A stretch of DNA of 64,000 nt from Ferroacidibacillus organovorans (GTDB lineage: Bacteria > Bacillota > Bacilli > Alicyclobacillales > SLC66): NCBI RefSeq assembly GCF_001642725.1, contig NZ_LSUQ01000007.1, positions 1 to 64,000 on the forward strand, written 5' to 3'. The translations under genes were made by a program, and so were the position numbers. Below are positions 1 through 10,624 of the stretch, piece after piece. The number at the start of each line of letters is the position of its first letter. Position 1 is the stretch's first letter. The notes under the pieces are model-generated. The model made no database searches. It saw nothing but the letters and a program-made list of their open reading frames with translations, and was not told where the DNA came from.

Positions 1-1
1 G

Positions 2-652
2 TGTGAAGTTGCGCGTGCCATACTCACAGGACCGCATGCCGTCGGCCGCGTGATTGCACGACCGTTTACAGGTGAGTCCGGAAATTATACAAGAACTGCA
101 AATCGACGGGATTTTTCCCGGGATTTTGGAGAAACACAACTTACAGACCTTGAAAAACATCGTATTCCGGTCTATGCGATCGGGAAAATCGAAGATATTT
201 ATGGTGGGCACGGAATCACCCAAGCTGTTCATACCAAGAACAATGAGGATGGTGTTGATCAAACACTTCGTATCATGCAGGGTGCAGCTTCACCATGTCT
301 GATTTTTACAAACCTCGTCGATTTTGACATGCTATACGGTCACCGCAATGACCCACTCGGGTTTGGGAGAGCGATCGAAGCGTTCGACCGTCGCTTGCCA
401 GAACTGCTTGATGCGATGCAAACCGAAGATCTTCTCATCATTACAGCAGATCACGGCTGTGATCCGACAACTGCATCGACCGATCACAGCCGTGAGGCGG
501 TACCACTTCTCATGTATCACAAAGGGATGCGCGAAGGGCATACGGTTGGTGAGCGTTTGACGTTTGCCGATGTGGGTGCGACGTTTGCGGCGTGGCTTGA
601 CGTTCCCGCCCGTGCCGGAACGAATACGCTTTCTGGAGTTGATTCCCAATGA
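2..652 (+). CDS. deoB: phosphopentomutase (5' truncated by window edge)
   Basis: [31 protein letters not shown] and DHSRE motifs; frame open from base 2. Confidence 0.95.
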   Translation, partial: CEVARAILTGPHAVGRVIARPFTGESGNYTRTANRRDFSRDFGETQLTDLEKHRIPVYAIGKIEDIYGGHGITQAVHTKNNEDGVDQTLRIMQGAASPCLIFTNLVDFDMLYGHRNDPLGFGRAIEAFDRRLPELLDAMQTEDLLIITADHGCDPTTASTDHSREAVPLLMYHKGMREGHTVGERLTFADVGATFAAWLDVPARAGTNTLSGVDSQ

Positions 653-1959
653 GAATGGTTGACTTAATTGAGAAGAAAAAGAACTCTGAAGCATTGAGTG
701 AGGCAGAGATCTCTTTTATCGTTGAAGGGTTTACTCATGGAACCATTCCTGATTACCAGATGGCGGCGTGGTTGATGGCTGTATGTTTTGCAGGCATGAA
801 TGAAGACGAGACGGCGTGGCTTACTCATGAAATGGCACACTCCGGGGATGTTCTCGATCTTTCGATGATAAGCGGACCAACGGTAGATAAACACAGCACA
901 GGGGGCGTGGGTGACAAAACGACACTGATCGTCGCGCCGCTGGCAGCCGCGCTCGGTATGTATGTCGCCAAAATGTCGGGCCGTGGGTTGTCCCACACAG
1001 GAGGGACGATCGATAAATTAGAGTCGATTCAAGCTTTTGAGACAGAGCGCACTCGTGACGCATTTATGGAGCAAGTTTCAACCCATGGTGTAGCTGTCGT
1101 CGGACAGTCAGAAGGTCTGGCGCCTGCCGATAAAAAAATGTACGCGCTACGCGATGTGACAGGAACAGTTGCTTCGCTTCCCCTTATCGCATCCTCCATT
1201 ATGAGTAAAAAAATTGCTTCCGGCGCACGCCACATCGTTCTTGATGTAAAGGTTGGAGACGGCGCGTTCATGAATACACTTGATGATGCGCGCGCACTCG
1301 CAAAGGCGATGGTCGAGATTGGAGCAAAACTCGGACGTTCCGTATGTGCCGTTTTGTCTGACATGGATCAACCACTTGGTAGAGCCATCGGGAACGCGCT
1401 TGAAGTGCGCGAGTCAATCGATGTTCTGCGCGGTGGTGGGCCTGCAGATTTACGCGATTTGTCCGTGTACCTCACAGCAAAACTCGTACAACTCGTGGAG
1501 GGTGGAACACTGGATGATGCAACCAAACGTGTGAGTCACGCACTTGCAACAGGCGCCGCTCTTAAAAAATTTAAAGAAATGGTGATCAGTCAAGGTGGCG
1601 TATGGGGGGATGATGAAATCTATCCAGAGATGCACGCTGCGCCTGTTGTGCGTACGATAACGATGTCTTCTGCGGGGTATCTATCGAGTATTCCCGCGCG
1701 TGCACTCGGAACGATTGCAATGCAACTGGGTGCTGGAAGAGAAGAAAAAACATCGTCGATCGATCATCGTGTGGGGCTTATCCTCTTTAAAAAAGCAGGG
1801 GATGAAGTACGGGTCGGTGATGAATTTGCTGAGATTCACGCGGCGACCGAAGAGGATGCCGATCGCGCAGCTTTACAGTTGGCGGTGTGGATGAAGACAT
1901 CTTCCCATGCATTTGCCAAACGTCCACTCATTCTCGACGAGATCAACGCGTTCGGATAA
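649..1959 (+). CDS. pdp: pyrimidine-nucleoside phosphorylase
   Basis: [35 protein letters not shown] motifs; ATGA overlap with deoB. Confidence 0.95.
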   Translation: MRMVDLIEKKKNSEALSEAEISFIVEGFTHGTIPDYQMAAWLMAVCFAGMNEDETAWLTHEMAHSGDVLDLSMISGPTVDKHSTGGVGDKTTLIVAPLAAALGMYVAKMSGRGLSHTGGTIDKLESIQAFETERTRDAFMEQVSTHGVAVVGQSEGLAPADKKMYALRDVTGTVASLPLIASSIMSKKIASGARHIVLDVKVGDGAFMNTLDDARALAKAMVEIGAKLGRSVCAVLSDMDQPLGRAIGNALEVRESIDVLRGGGPADLRDLSVYLTAKLVQLVEGGTLDDATKRVSHALATGAALKKFKEMVISQGGVWGDDEIYPEMHAAPVVRTITMSSAGYLSSIPARALGTIAMQLGAGREEKTSSIDHRVGLILFKKAGDEVRVGDEFAEIHAATEEDADRAALQLAVWMKTSSHAFAKRPLILDEINAFG

Positions 1960-1983
1960 GAGTAATTCGAGAAGCACACACTA
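1954..1983 (+). promoter_or_regulatory. putative sigma-G/sigma-F promoter for dacF
   Basis: GGATA-N18-CACACTA resembles GHATR-N18-CATACTA; dacF is forespore-expressed in B. subtilis. Confidence 0.45.
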
Positions 1984-2046
1984 CGCCTATCGATGTTGAA
2001 CGCGCCCAAAGTATTCGTTTTGGGGGTTCAAAGGGAGGCGTGTGAA

Positions 2047-3267
2047 ATGCTTCGCAAATGGATCGGTATCGTTTTCAGTCTGGTGCTTCCATTAAGCGCA
2101 CTACCGCTGGGGAATGCGCTGGCCAGTACGTCTAGCCGGGAGATTATGGTTACGCAACGCACAGAACCGATGCCTGATCTCGCACCTCATGCAAAATCGG
2201 CTGTGTTGATGGATGCAATGACGGGTACGGTGTTTTATGCAAAAAATGAACACGAGCGATTACCGATTGCTAGCGTGACAAAAGTCGCGACGATGCTTCT
2301 TGTCATGGAGGCGATCGAGCGAAAACAGCTTCACTTTCAAGACAAAGTGCGCACGTCAGACTATGCTGCCAGCATGGGAGGATCTCAAATTTTCCTTGAA
2401 TCTGGAGAAACCATGACGGTAAGCGAATTAATGAAGGGCATAGCGCTCGCCTCAGGAAATGATGCGGCGGTGGCGGTCGCGGAACATATCGCCGGATCAG
2501 AGGGTGCCTTCGTATCGCTTATGAACCAACGGGCGAGACAACTCGGTTTGCAAAATACACATTTTGTCAATGCGAACGGATTGCCGGCAAAGGGGCACTA
2601 TTCTTCTGCGTTTGATCTTGCCGTTCTTTCTAGAGAACTTATGGCGCATGAATCCATTACTCAGTATACGGGTCGTTATCAAGATCACCTGCGGCAAGGT
2701 TCTGGTAAACCTTTCTGGTTGGTCAACACGAATAAGCTGATTCGTTTTTACTCTGGGATGGACGGCATCAAAACTGGGTTTACAGCTGAAGCTCACTATT
2801 GCCTTGCGGCGAGTGCAAAGCGTGACCATTTTCGGCTGATTGCGGTCATTCTTGGCGCATCGACTGCAAAAGAGCGAAACGCAGAGATTACCGCCATGAT
2901 GAATTATGCGTTCAGTCACTACGGCGTAAAAATGGCGTACAAAAAGGGACAGGTTGTCACGCTGGTTCCCGTCTCACGCGGTGAGCTACAAGCGGTCGCA
3001 GTAACTTCGGCGCGCCCTGTCGGTGTCTTACTCAATCGCACTACTGGTCAAGAAATTGGTACTGTGGTCAGTGAGGTTCATCCCCTTGTAGCGCCTGTGA
3101 CAAGAGGACAAATCGCAGGCACGCTTCGCGTGATGATCAATCAAAAAACAGTTCTTCAGGTTCCACTGCTAGCAGTCGCTGACGTTAAAAAAGTGACTTG
3201 GTTTGAAATGCTCGGTCGCACATTCAAACATGTTTTTTCTCTGGGGGCAAAACGGTCATTTCAGTAA
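2047..3267 (+). CDS. dacF: D-alanyl-D-alanine carboxypeptidase DacF (S11)
   Basis: signal peptide, SVTK, SGN and KTG motifs; upstream of spoIIA; ATG after GGGAGG. Confidence 0.88.
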   Translation: MLRKWIGIVFSLVLPLSALPLGNALASTSSREIMVTQRTEPMPDLAPHAKSAVLMDAMTGTVFYAKNEHERLPIASVTKVATMLLVMEAIERKQLHFQDKVRTSDYAASMGGSQIFLESGETMTVSELMKGIALASGNDAAVAVAEHIAGSEGAFVSLMNQRARQLGLQNTHFVNANGLPAKGHYSSAFDLAVLSRELMAHESITQYTGRYQDHLRQGSGKPFWLVNTNKLIRFYSGMDGIKTGFTAEAHYCLAASAKRDHFRLIAVILGASTAKERNAEITAMMNYAFSHYGVKMAYKKGQVVTLVPVSRGELQAVAVTSARPVGVLLNRTTGQEIGTVVSEVHPLVAPVTRGQIAGTLRVMINQKTVLQVPLLAVADVKKVTWFEMLGRTFKHVFSLGAKRSFQ

Positions 3268-4558
3268 CGCGTAAACGCTGTTTTAAGATGAGTGAGAAGC
3301 GGGCGATCAGTTCGTCAACGACGAACAAATCGTCCGCTTTTTCTTGACGGAGAATCATGTCTTTCATCACTTCAAGAGTTGCGACGGCTGAGTTTAACAA
3401 CTGGAGTGCCTCAAATCGTGCAGCCGCATTTTTTAATGTGAGAAATGCCACATCATATTGCGCTGTCGCGCGCAGCAAGAGTCCTTGTACTCTCAAGGCT
3501 TCCGCACGCTCAGGAGATTCTTCTTTTGATAGGGCAAGCGCTCGCTCTACACTGCGCGCCGCATCTTCATACTGGGCGATGCTGATTTCGCACTGCGCGC
3601 GCTCGCTCCACGCGTTGCTTAACGCATCCATACGTCCTTGTTTGTGATAGTCTGTAATCAATTGCGGAAGAAGGGATACGGCTTCCTGTGAATAACCACG
3701 TTCACGTTGAATGATGGCAAGATTCATATACGCATCCGTGAGCGCGTACGTTTGCCCCAACGAACTGTAGATCGAGATCGCTTCTCTCGCATACGCGAGC
3801 GCTTCTTCTCCGGATTTGTTCTCCATAGACAATACGCTCAAAAGATGGCAGAGTTCTGCGCAATCCACGCGCGATCCACTCGTTTTCACATCTGAAAATG
3901 CGGATCGCGCAAAGTCAAATGACTGATCTGTGTTGCCGAGGCGATACGCGGTGATACTCAAGTTTTTGCGCGTTGTAAAAACGGCCTGCGGAACAGGTTG
4001 GGTGGATTGATCAAGATACCAAAGTGCTTGTAAAAAACAGTGATACGCAAGGATGTAACGTCCATTCGCGAGATGAAGCTCGCCTTGGCGATTAAGGCTG
4101 CTTGCACCGATCATCCATTCGTGGTGAACCAAGGCTCGCGCAGAAACACGTTCATAGAGCGTTTCTGCTTCTGGAAACATTCCCAATTGCTCATAGAGTC
4201 GTGCAATTTCTAGGTCGAGTTCAGTTTTTGTCACATAGGAAATGCTCGCCTGCGCAAGGAGATCGAGCAATGGTTTTGCGGCGTGAGGCGCACTGCGATC
4301 AAGCAAATCACGCGCGTCTCTAAGCAACTGGGTTTGCCGATGGCGTAGTTCAATCTCTGAAAGCAGTTCACTCGGGTTGACATCGAGCGCCTTTGTCAAT
4401 AGGTTGATCACGCGTTCAGACGGCGCTACGCGATCAGACTCAATCTGGCTGATAAGCCCAGGCGTAATCTCACGCCCTGCGAGTTCACCTTGTGTCATAC
4501 CTTTGGCGAGTCGCAACGCGCGTATTTTACCACCGAGCGTCATGGGAGTTTTCGTCAT
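3224..4558 (-). CDS. XRE HTH + TPR-repeat transcriptional regulator (RRNPP-like architecture)
   Basis: N-terminal IRALRLAKGMTQGELA...ISQIE HTH followed by Ala/Tyr-rich helical TPR-like repeats. Confidence 0.8.
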   Translation of the reverse strand: MTKTPMTLGGKIRALRLAKGMTQGELAGREITPGLISQIESDRVAPSERVINLLTKALDVNPSELLSEIELRHRQTQLLRDARDLLDRSAPHAAKPLLDLLAQASISYVTKTELDLEIARLYEQLGMFPEAETLYERVSARALVHHEWMIGASSLNRQGELHLANGRYILAYHCFLQALWYLDQSTQPVPQAVFTTRKNLSITAYRLGNTDQSFDFARSAFSDVKTSGSRVDCAELCHLLSVLSMENKSGEEALAYAREAISIYSSLGQTYALTDAYMNLAIIQRERGYSQEAVSLLPQLITDYHKQGRMDALSNAWSERAQCEISIAQYEDAARSVERALALSKEESPERAEALRVQGLLLRATAQYDVAFLTLKNAAARFEALQLLNSAVATLEVMKDMILRQEKADDLFVVDELIARFSLILKQRLRVTEMTVLPPEKKHV

Positions 4559-4668
4559 GTTCAATCCGTCCTTCTTGGCGTTGTTTAGTAGGAGTATAGC
4601 ATAATCTGAATAAGGAGTTGGGACTCATTTAATATCAAAAAAACATCGCATAAAGATGTCCTGTTGTT

Positions 4669-4730
4669 TTTTGTCGACCCTGCACTAGTTTTGTCGACAG
4701 GCAGGAACTTCCATGTCTAAGGGCGAACAG
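4669..4730 (+). promoter_or_regulatory. spoIIA promoter: sigma-H-like elements with two upstream 0A-like boxes
   Basis: TTTTGTCGAC twice (TGTCGAC at 4672 and 4692), then GCAGGAA(4701)...GAAC(4725). Confidence 0.65.
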
Positions 4731-4821
4731 CATTATCGACGTGAAGTCGTTGCCACTGCGCGGTAACGTAAGCTCTCACGCTAAATTGATTCAGCAGTTT
4801 GCAGAGGGAGACTGAGAATGT

Positions 4822-5178
4822 ATGCGAGTCGATATTAGACAGACCCATCGCGGCTCAATCCTTGTGGCAGCGCTTGAAGGTGAACTGGATGATCATGAAG
4901 CTGCCGCGGTGCGCGACTTGCTCGATCAAAAACTCCTTGATATGCGAGTTCCATGTCTCGTTCTTGACTTGAGCGGTGTGACATTTATGGACAGCGCGGG
5001 ACTCGGGGTCATCCTTGGAAGGTATAAAAAAATCACGGCAAAAAACGGAAAGATGAGTGTGGCAGGCGTAACCAAACCGGTTGATCGACTTTTTGAAATA
5101 TCCGGGATAAAAAAAATCATGAATGTCTATCAGACTCGCGACGCGGCTGTACGCGCTCTGAAGGAGGAGATGCAATGA
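4822..5178 (+). CDS. spoIIAA: anti-sigma F factor antagonist
   Basis: STAS domain, GELD and [15 protein letters not shown] motifs. Confidence 0.96.
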   Translation: MRVDIRQTHRGSILVAALEGELDDHEAAAVRDLLDQKLLDMRVPCLVLDLSGVTFMDSAGLGVILGRYKKITAKNGKMSVAGVTKPVDRLFEISGIKKIMNVYQTRDAAVRALKEEMQ

Positions 5179-5627
5179 AATCCCAAAATGAAATGTCCAT
5201 TCAATTCTCTGCCATCTCTGAGAACGAATCGTTTGCCCGTGTAGCCGTGGCTGCGTTCATTTCGCAACTCAATCCGACGATGGAAGAACTAACCGAGGTA
5301 AAAACGGTTGTATCTGAAGCGGTCACGAATGCGATCATTCATGGATACGCTGAACGTGTTGGGGATGTTTACTTGCGTTGTAAAATTATGGGATATACAA
5401 TGGAGCTTATCATTGAAGATCACGGAAAAGGGATGGAAGACATCGATGAAGCGCGTCAACCTCTCTTTACAACCCGTCCTGATTTGGAGCGATCAGGGAT
5501 GGGATTTACGATCATGGAATCGTTCATGGATGAGATGACGATTGAGTCCGCCCCCAATCGCGGAACACTCGTGCACATGAAAAAAATCATACGGGCCCCT
5601 CACGGTGCGGCTCGCTTTGAGGTGTAA
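5175..5627 (+). CDS. spoIIAB: anti-sigma F factor kinase
   Basis: [19 protein letters not shown] and [11 protein letters not shown] motifs. Confidence 0.97.
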   Translation: MKSQNEMSIQFSAISENESFARVAVAAFISQLNPTMEELTEVKTVVSEAVTNAIIHGYAERVGDVYLRCKIMGYTMELIIEDHGKGMEDIDEARQPLFTTRPDLERSGMGFTIMESFMDEMTIESAPNRGTLVHMKKIIRAPHGAARFEV

Positions 5628-5630
5628 TCC

Positions 5631-6389
5631 ATGGAGCACGGACTGGCACGGGAATTCCCGAAACTGTCCGATGAGCGTGTACGATGGCTCATTGAGGAAA
5701 GTCATGCTGGCAATGAGGCAGCGCGCGATGAGCTTGTGGTGAATAATCAACGCCTTGTCTGGTCGGTTGTCCAACGCTTTTTAGGGCGTGGTTATGATCC
5801 TGACGATTTGTTTCAAATCGGGTGCATTGGGCTGCTCAAAGCGATCGATAAATTTGACCTTCAGTATGACGTGAAATTTTCAACGTATGCCGTCCCTATG
5901 ATTATTGGAGAGATTCAGCGTTTTCTTCGCGATGACAGTTCGTTAAAAGTGAGTCGTTCAGTCAAAGAAACAGCTCGACACATTCGGCGTGTTCGCGAAG
6001 ATCTCATGAAACAGTATGGAAGACAGCCCCAGATCAACGAAGTGGCAGAAGCGATGGGACTAACTCCAGCAGAGGTTGTGCTGGCGCAAGAAGCCATTCG
6101 CGTGCCAGCGTCGATCCATGAAACTGTATTTGAAAACGATGGAGATCCGATCTATCTGATGGATCAGATCGCAGATATGGAGCAAGACAAGTGGTTTGAC
6201 CGATTGGCGCTTCACGACGCGCTTACCCGTCTTCCTGAACGTGAGCGGCTCATTGTCTACATGCGCTTTTTTCGCGATAAGACACAGTCAGAAGTGGCTG
6301 ACATGTTAAGGATCTCGCAAGTTCAAGTATCGCGTCTCGAGAAAAGAATATTGCAGTCGATTAAAGACAGTCTGGATGAACCATTCTGA
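5631..6389 (+). CDS. sigF: RNA polymerase sporulation sigma factor F
   Basis: DDLFQIGCIGL, KFSTYAVPMIIGEIQRFLRDD, SQVQVSRLEK; third gene of the spoIIA operon. Confidence 0.96.
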   Translation: MEHGLAREFPKLSDERVRWLIEESHAGNEAARDELVVNNQRLVWSVVQRFLGRGYDPDDLFQIGCIGLLKAIDKFDLQYDVKFSTYAVPMIIGEIQRFLRDDSSLKVSRSVKETARHIRRVREDLMKQYGRQPQINEVAEAMGLTPAEVVLAQEAIRVPASIHETVFENDGDPIYLMDQIADMEQDKWFDRLALHDALTRLPERERLIVYMRFFRDKTQSEVADMLRISQVQVSRLEKRILQSIKDSLDEPF

Positions 6390-6413
6390 GTCTCACCTGA
6401 TCGAATCATGAGT

Positions 6414-6441
6414 ACCTCACACTCGCCGTGTGGGGTTTTTT
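6414..6441 (+). terminator. intrinsic terminator after sigF
   Basis: ACCTCACAC-TCGCC-GTGTGGGGT followed by T run. Confidence 0.7.
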
Positions 6442-6549
6442 GACGTGGATTGCAAAGTGAAAAGGGTACGTAATAAATCGTCACTAGATCAGGATCATTT
6501 GGGACACGATAATGAACGGGATGTAAAAAGAGGGGTAAGGGGTGCTTGC

Positions 6550-7014
6550 ATGAGTGTTTCGTCAGGTTCTTCTAGAAAATCGTACACAGCGCTCGTCGAT
6601 ACCATGCGTCCTGCAAAACCAGTTCTCCGCAATGTGCTACGCGCATTCTGGGTTGGTGGTGTGGTTTGTTTCATTGGTGAATGTGTCGAGGAATTTTTTG
6701 TGCACGCATTTCATTTCTCCGAAAAAACGGCAGGTAATCCAACGGTCGCAATCATGATTTTGCTGGCGGTCATTTTAACTGGATTCGGTGTCTACGATAA
6801 AATCTCCCAGTATGCGGGAGCGGGCACTGCGGTGCCGGTCACTGGATTTGCAAACTCAATTGCTTCTGCGGCGCTTGAACACAAAACGGAAGGATATGTT
6901 GTCGGTGTTGGGACGAACATGTTTAAAATTGCTGGCCCCGTCATCGTTTTTGGTGTGGTAGCAGCGTTTGTCGTCTCGTTTGTCGTATATGCGTACATCA
7001 GATTGCACGGATAA
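6550..7014 (+). CDS. spoVAC: stage V sporulation protein AC
   Basis: YDKISQYAGAGTAVPVTGFANS, MFKIAGPVIVFG. Confidence 0.95.
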   Translation: MSVSSGSSRKSYTALVDTMRPAKPVLRNVLRAFWVGGVVCFIGECVEEFFVHAFHFSEKTAGNPTVAIMILLAVILTGFGVYDKISQYAGAGTAVPVTGFANSIASAALEHKTEGYVVGVGTNMFKIAGPVIVFGVVAAFVVSFVVYAYIRLHG

Positions 7015-7036
7015 CGCAAAGAGGAGGGCATCGTCG

Positions 7037-8038
7037 ATGCAGGTAGGTAAACAAACGTGGCGATTTCCATCACGCCCCCGCATTACTGGCTCCGCTACCG
7101 TTGTCGGTGCTAAAGAGGGAGAGGGGCCACTTGGATCTTGGTTTGATGAGGTGGAGCGCGACGCGTATTTTGGAGAAAACAGTTTTGAAAAAGCAGAGCG
7201 AATCATGTTTGAACGAGCGCAACGACTCGCTGCAAAAAAGGCGAATCATTCTATGGAGGATGTGTCGCATGTCATCGCGGGAGATCTTTTGGCACAAAAC
7301 ATCAGCGCCAGTTTTTCTGCCCGAACGCACAGTAGACCACATTTAGGCGTATTTAGCGCATGCGCAACCATTATGGAGTCGTTTGCACTGGGTGGACTGC
7401 TGATCGACTCTTTAAACAGCGAAAAGGTTCTTGTAGGGGCGAGCAGCCATAACAGTACAGCGGAGCGCACCTTTCGTTATCCAACAGAGTACGGCGGTCA
7501 AAAGCCGCAGACGGCACATTGTACAGCAACGGCTGCCGGCGCCGCAATACTTGAAGCAAAGGGAGACGGCCCGGCGTTGACAGAGGCGACCATCGGTCGC
7601 GTCATTGATTTCGGAATCACCAATCCTTGGGAGATGGGCGCTGCCATGGCGCCTGCGGCCGTAGATACACTGCGCGTCCACCTTCAAGCTACGGGTCGTT
7701 CCGTTCTTGATTATGATTTGATCGCGACAGGTGACCTCGGCCGTGTGGGCCATCCGCTGGCGCGTCAAATGCTGCTCGAACAAGGTATTGATCCTGGTCA
7801 TCAATTCACAGACTGCGGCATTCTTCTCTACAACGAAAATCAACCGGAAGTGTTTTCAGGCGGTAGTGGACCAGGATGCTGTACAGTGGTGACGCTTTCG
7901 TACTTGCTTAAAAAGTTAAAAGAAGGTAAGAATAAACGAATTTTGGTGATTGCAACAGGCGCTTTGCTTTCTCCGCTCACTGTTTTGCAAGGTGACACGA
8001 TACCGTGTATTGCGCACGCGGTTACATTTGAAGGGTAA
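7037..8038 (+). CDS. spoVAD: stage V sporulation protein AD (DPA-binding)
   Basis: [35 protein letters not shown] motifs. Confidence 0.95.
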   Translation: MQVGKQTWRFPSRPRITGSATVVGAKEGEGPLGSWFDEVERDAYFGENSFEKAERIMFERAQRLAAKKANHSMEDVSHVIAGDLLAQNISASFSARTHSRPHLGVFSACATIMESFALGGLLIDSLNSEKVLVGASSHNSTAERTFRYPTEYGGQKPQTAHCTATAAGAAILEAKGDGPALTEATIGRVIDFGITNPWEMGAAMAPAAVDTLRVHLQATGRSVLDYDLIATGDLGRVGHPLARQMLLEQGIDPGHQFTDCGILLYNENQPEVFSGGSGPGCCTVVTLSYLLKKLKEGKNKRILVIATGALLSPLTVLQGDTIPCIAHAVTFEG

Positions 8039-8055
8039 CAAAGGAGGTTTATTCG

Positions 8056-8418
8056 ATGGGAACCCTTGCAATTTTTCTAGCGGCCTTTTTCGTTGGTGGA
8101 CTCATTTGTGCCATAGGTCAGTTGTTGTTTGATTTGACCAAATTAACGCCTGCGCACGTTATGGTCATTTTTGTCGTCGCCGGTGCGATTCTTGAAGGGC
8201 TTGGGTGGTATGATCCACTGATTCGCTTTGCCGGGGCGGGTGCGACCGTGCCTATTACATCCTTTGGCAGTTCACTGGTTCATGGAGCGATCGAAGAGAC
8301 ACGCCATTACGGTTGGCTAGGTCTTGTGACGGGTATTTTTGAGGTGACGAGTGCAGGGATTTCAGCTGCTATCCTCTTTGGATTTTTGTCAACGCTGGTT
8401 TTTCGCGCGCGCGGTTAA
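8056..8418 (+). CDS. spoVAE: stage V sporulation protein AE (SpoVAEb)
   Basis: [27 protein letters not shown]. Confidence 0.92.
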   Translation: MGTLAIFLAAFFVGGLICAIGQLLFDLTKLTPAHVMVIFVVAGAILEGLGWYDPLIRFAGAGATVPITSFGSSLVHGAIEETRHYGWLGLVTGIFEVTSAGISAAILFGFLSTLVFRARG

Positions 8419-8431
8419 TGAGGCGTAGCTG

Positions 8432-9025
8432 ATGAACAAAAAAAGAGTCATTCTGGTAACGGACGGGGATATCGTTGCACAGCGGACACTAGAATATGTG
8501 GCAAAAGAACTCGGTGCAAGAGTAATTTCTCGTTCGGGTGGTCATCCAACGCCGCTGTCTGGTGAAGATGTTTTACGTTGTATTCTTATGACTCCGCATG
8601 ATCCGGTGATTGTCATGGTGGATGATAACGGATCACGCGGACAGGGGCCGGGTGAACATGTTTTAAAAGATCTTTGCTTTGATCATCGAATCGTGGTCAT
8701 TGGGATTCTGGCAGTCGCCAGTGACACACGTTATGTTCGCGGTGTTAAAATCGATTTTTCTGTGGATCGAAACGGCAGGATCGTGGATGCGGCCGTTAAT
8801 AAAAATGGGTATCGTTTGCGCAGTAAGAGAAAAGTGTTGTTCGGCGACACGGTTGATATTCTCCGGAAAATTCATTCGCCCATTCTCATCGGCATCGGGG
8901 ACATTGGAAAAATGCGAGGTGCCGATCATTTCCGAAGAGGCTATCCGGTTACGAAGGAAGCACTGAGAATCATCATTGAACTCGATCGCACGCGTCCGTG
9001 CGTACGTGTTCCCACCACCTTGTGA
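8432..9025 (+). CDS. SpoVAEa-type stage V sporulation protein
   Basis: RVILVTDGD, ISRSGGHPTPLSG, DPVIVMVDD, IGIGDIGKM. Confidence 0.85.
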   Translation: MNKKRVILVTDGDIVAQRTLEYVAKELGARVISRSGGHPTPLSGEDVLRCILMTPHDPVIVMVDDNGSRGQGPGEHVLKDLCFDHRIVVIGILAVASDTRYVRGVKIDFSVDRNGRIVDAAVNKNGYRLRSKRKVLFGDTVDILRKIHSPILIGIGDIGKMRGADHFRRGYPVTKEALRIIIELDRTRPCVRVPTTL

Positions 9026-9101
9026 ATCAAGGTCAGCAATGATATCATTGTTGGTCAGATGCGATTTTTATGCATAAAAATACAGGCGGGAGAGACAGAC
9101 G

Positions 9102-10394
9102 ATGGAGTTGCATGGGACGAGCAGTGTCAATGAACGAGGCGTTCTTGAGATTGGCGGATGCACCGTCGATGATCTCGCAGCAACCTACGGAACACCTCTT
9201 ATTCTTTATGATGTAGAGCAGATTAGAGAGCGCATTCGCGCATATTGGAAGTCGTTACTATCCTTTCAGGTGCCGTACGTTCTTGCCTACGCCAGCAAGG
9301 CATTTTCTTGCAAAGCGATGTGCCGACTTGCAAATGAGGAAGCGATGTGGCTCGACGTGGTTTCTGGCGGCGAACTGCACACCGCGCTGGCAGCTGATTT
9401 TCCTCCAGAACGAATCTATATGCACGGAAATAATAAATCATCTGACGAACTCGAATATGCCATTATGTCTGGCATTCACCATATTGTCATTGACAACTTC
9501 GACGAGATCGATCGTATGGTTGAGATTCTACGCAAACGAAACACTTCTATGCGTGTTGTATTGCGAATCACGCCGGGCGTCGATGCGCACACGCATGAAT
9601 TTATAACGACAGGTACGCAGGATTCCAAGTTCGGATTTGATTTGTTTAGTGGACAAGCAGATGAGGCGGCAAGTCTTGTGCTCAAACAGGAACATCTCAT
9701 CCTCATTGGCCTTCATATGCATATCGGTTCACAAATTTTTGAGGCAGACGGATTTCACATCGCGAGCGAACGTATGGCTCAACTCTATTCGCGCATAAAA
9801 GTGAATTGTGACACACTGGAATGGTTCAATATGGGTGGCGGACTCGGAATTCGCTATACCAAAGAAGATCGTTTGCCACCTTTAGAACAAGCTGTCAAAG
9901 GGCTTATTGAAGGTGCTAAACGTGCGTTCGAACGAGTCGGTCTTGTACTCCCCAAGCTCATGATTGAACCAGGCCGAAGCATTGTCGCAGAAGCGGGCAC
10001 TACGATCTACCGAGTTGGCAGTCGCAAATCTGTCCCTAATGTGCGCGACTATATTGCGATTGACGGAGGAATGACAGACAATCCGCGCCTCGCACTGTAC
10101 GGGGCGGTTTACGAGGCGTGCATCGCCAATCGCATGTTCGATGAATCGAAACAGACTGTCTCTGTGGCGGGAAAGTGCTGTGAGAGCGGAGACATGATAT
10201 TGTGGGATGCGCTGCTTCCGGAACCGCACCCAGGAGATCTACTCGCCGTTTCATGCACGGGTGCGTATAATTACTCAATGGCAAGTAACTACAATCGACT
10301 CCCTCGCCCAGCTGTCGTGTTTGTTGAACGCGGCGAGGCGCGCCTTGTCATTCGCCGTGAAACATACAGCGATGTGTGCAGTCTTGATCTGTAG
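9102..10394 (+). CDS. lysA: diaminopimelate decarboxylase
   Basis: YASKAF PLP lysine, HMHIGSQI, EPGRS, CCESGD, GAYNYSMASNYN. Confidence 0.96.
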   Translation: MELHGTSSVNERGVLEIGGCTVDDLAATYGTPLILYDVEQIRERIRAYWKSLLSFQVPYVLAYASKAFSCKAMCRLANEEAMWLDVVSGGELHTALAADFPPERIYMHGNNKSSDELEYAIMSGIHHIVIDNFDEIDRMVEILRKRNTSMRVVLRITPGVDAHTHEFITTGTQDSKFGFDLFSGQADEAASLVLKQEHLILIGLHMHIGSQIFEADGFHIASERMAQLYSRIKVNCDTLEWFNMGGGLGIRYTKEDRLPPLEQAVKGLIEGAKRAFERVGLVLPKLMIEPGRSIVAEAGTTIYRVGSRKSVPNVRDYIAIDGGMTDNPRLALYGAVYEACIANRMFDESKQTVSVAGKCCESGDMILWDALLPEPHPGDLLAVSCTGAYNYSMASNYNRLPRPAVVFVERGEARLVIRRETYSDVCSLDL

Positions 10395-10454
10395 GCGTTC
10401 GTCGCTCCACGCGATCACTCTTTGACATACACTGTGTGATGAGGAGGGGATGTT

Positions 10455-10604
10455 GTGCTGACAATCCTCGCGTGGGTACCTCGCATCGCACGTTTTTTCG
10501 GGATGTTTCGAGGTGTTGTGGGTTTTGTTACACCGATGTGGCCCTATGTGTCATCTTTTGTGCGACGCGTCCGTCAACCGCGCGCGATTGCACAAGCCTA
10601 CTAG
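10455..10604 (+). CDS. unannotated 49-aa amphipathic basic peptide (MLTILAWVPRIARFFGMFRGVVGFVTPMWPYVSSFVRRVRQPRAIAQAY)
   Basis: strong RBS GAGGAGGGG before GTG, upstream CATACACT, downstream hairpin; below the ORF-track length cutoff. Confidence 0.6.
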   Translation: MLTILAWVPRIARFFGMFRGVVGFVTPMWPYVSSFVRRVRQPRAIAQAY

Positions 10605-10624
10605 TTGTCCATTCATTCCTTATT

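Noticed and set aside
4741..4815. 24-aa ORF as signalling peptide for the HTH-TPR regulator
   Set aside because: No RBS, no signal-peptide character; lies in the spoIIA 5' leader
9025..9102. Lysine riboswitch before lysA
   Set aside because: Gap is only ~75 nt, too short, and has no L-box motifs
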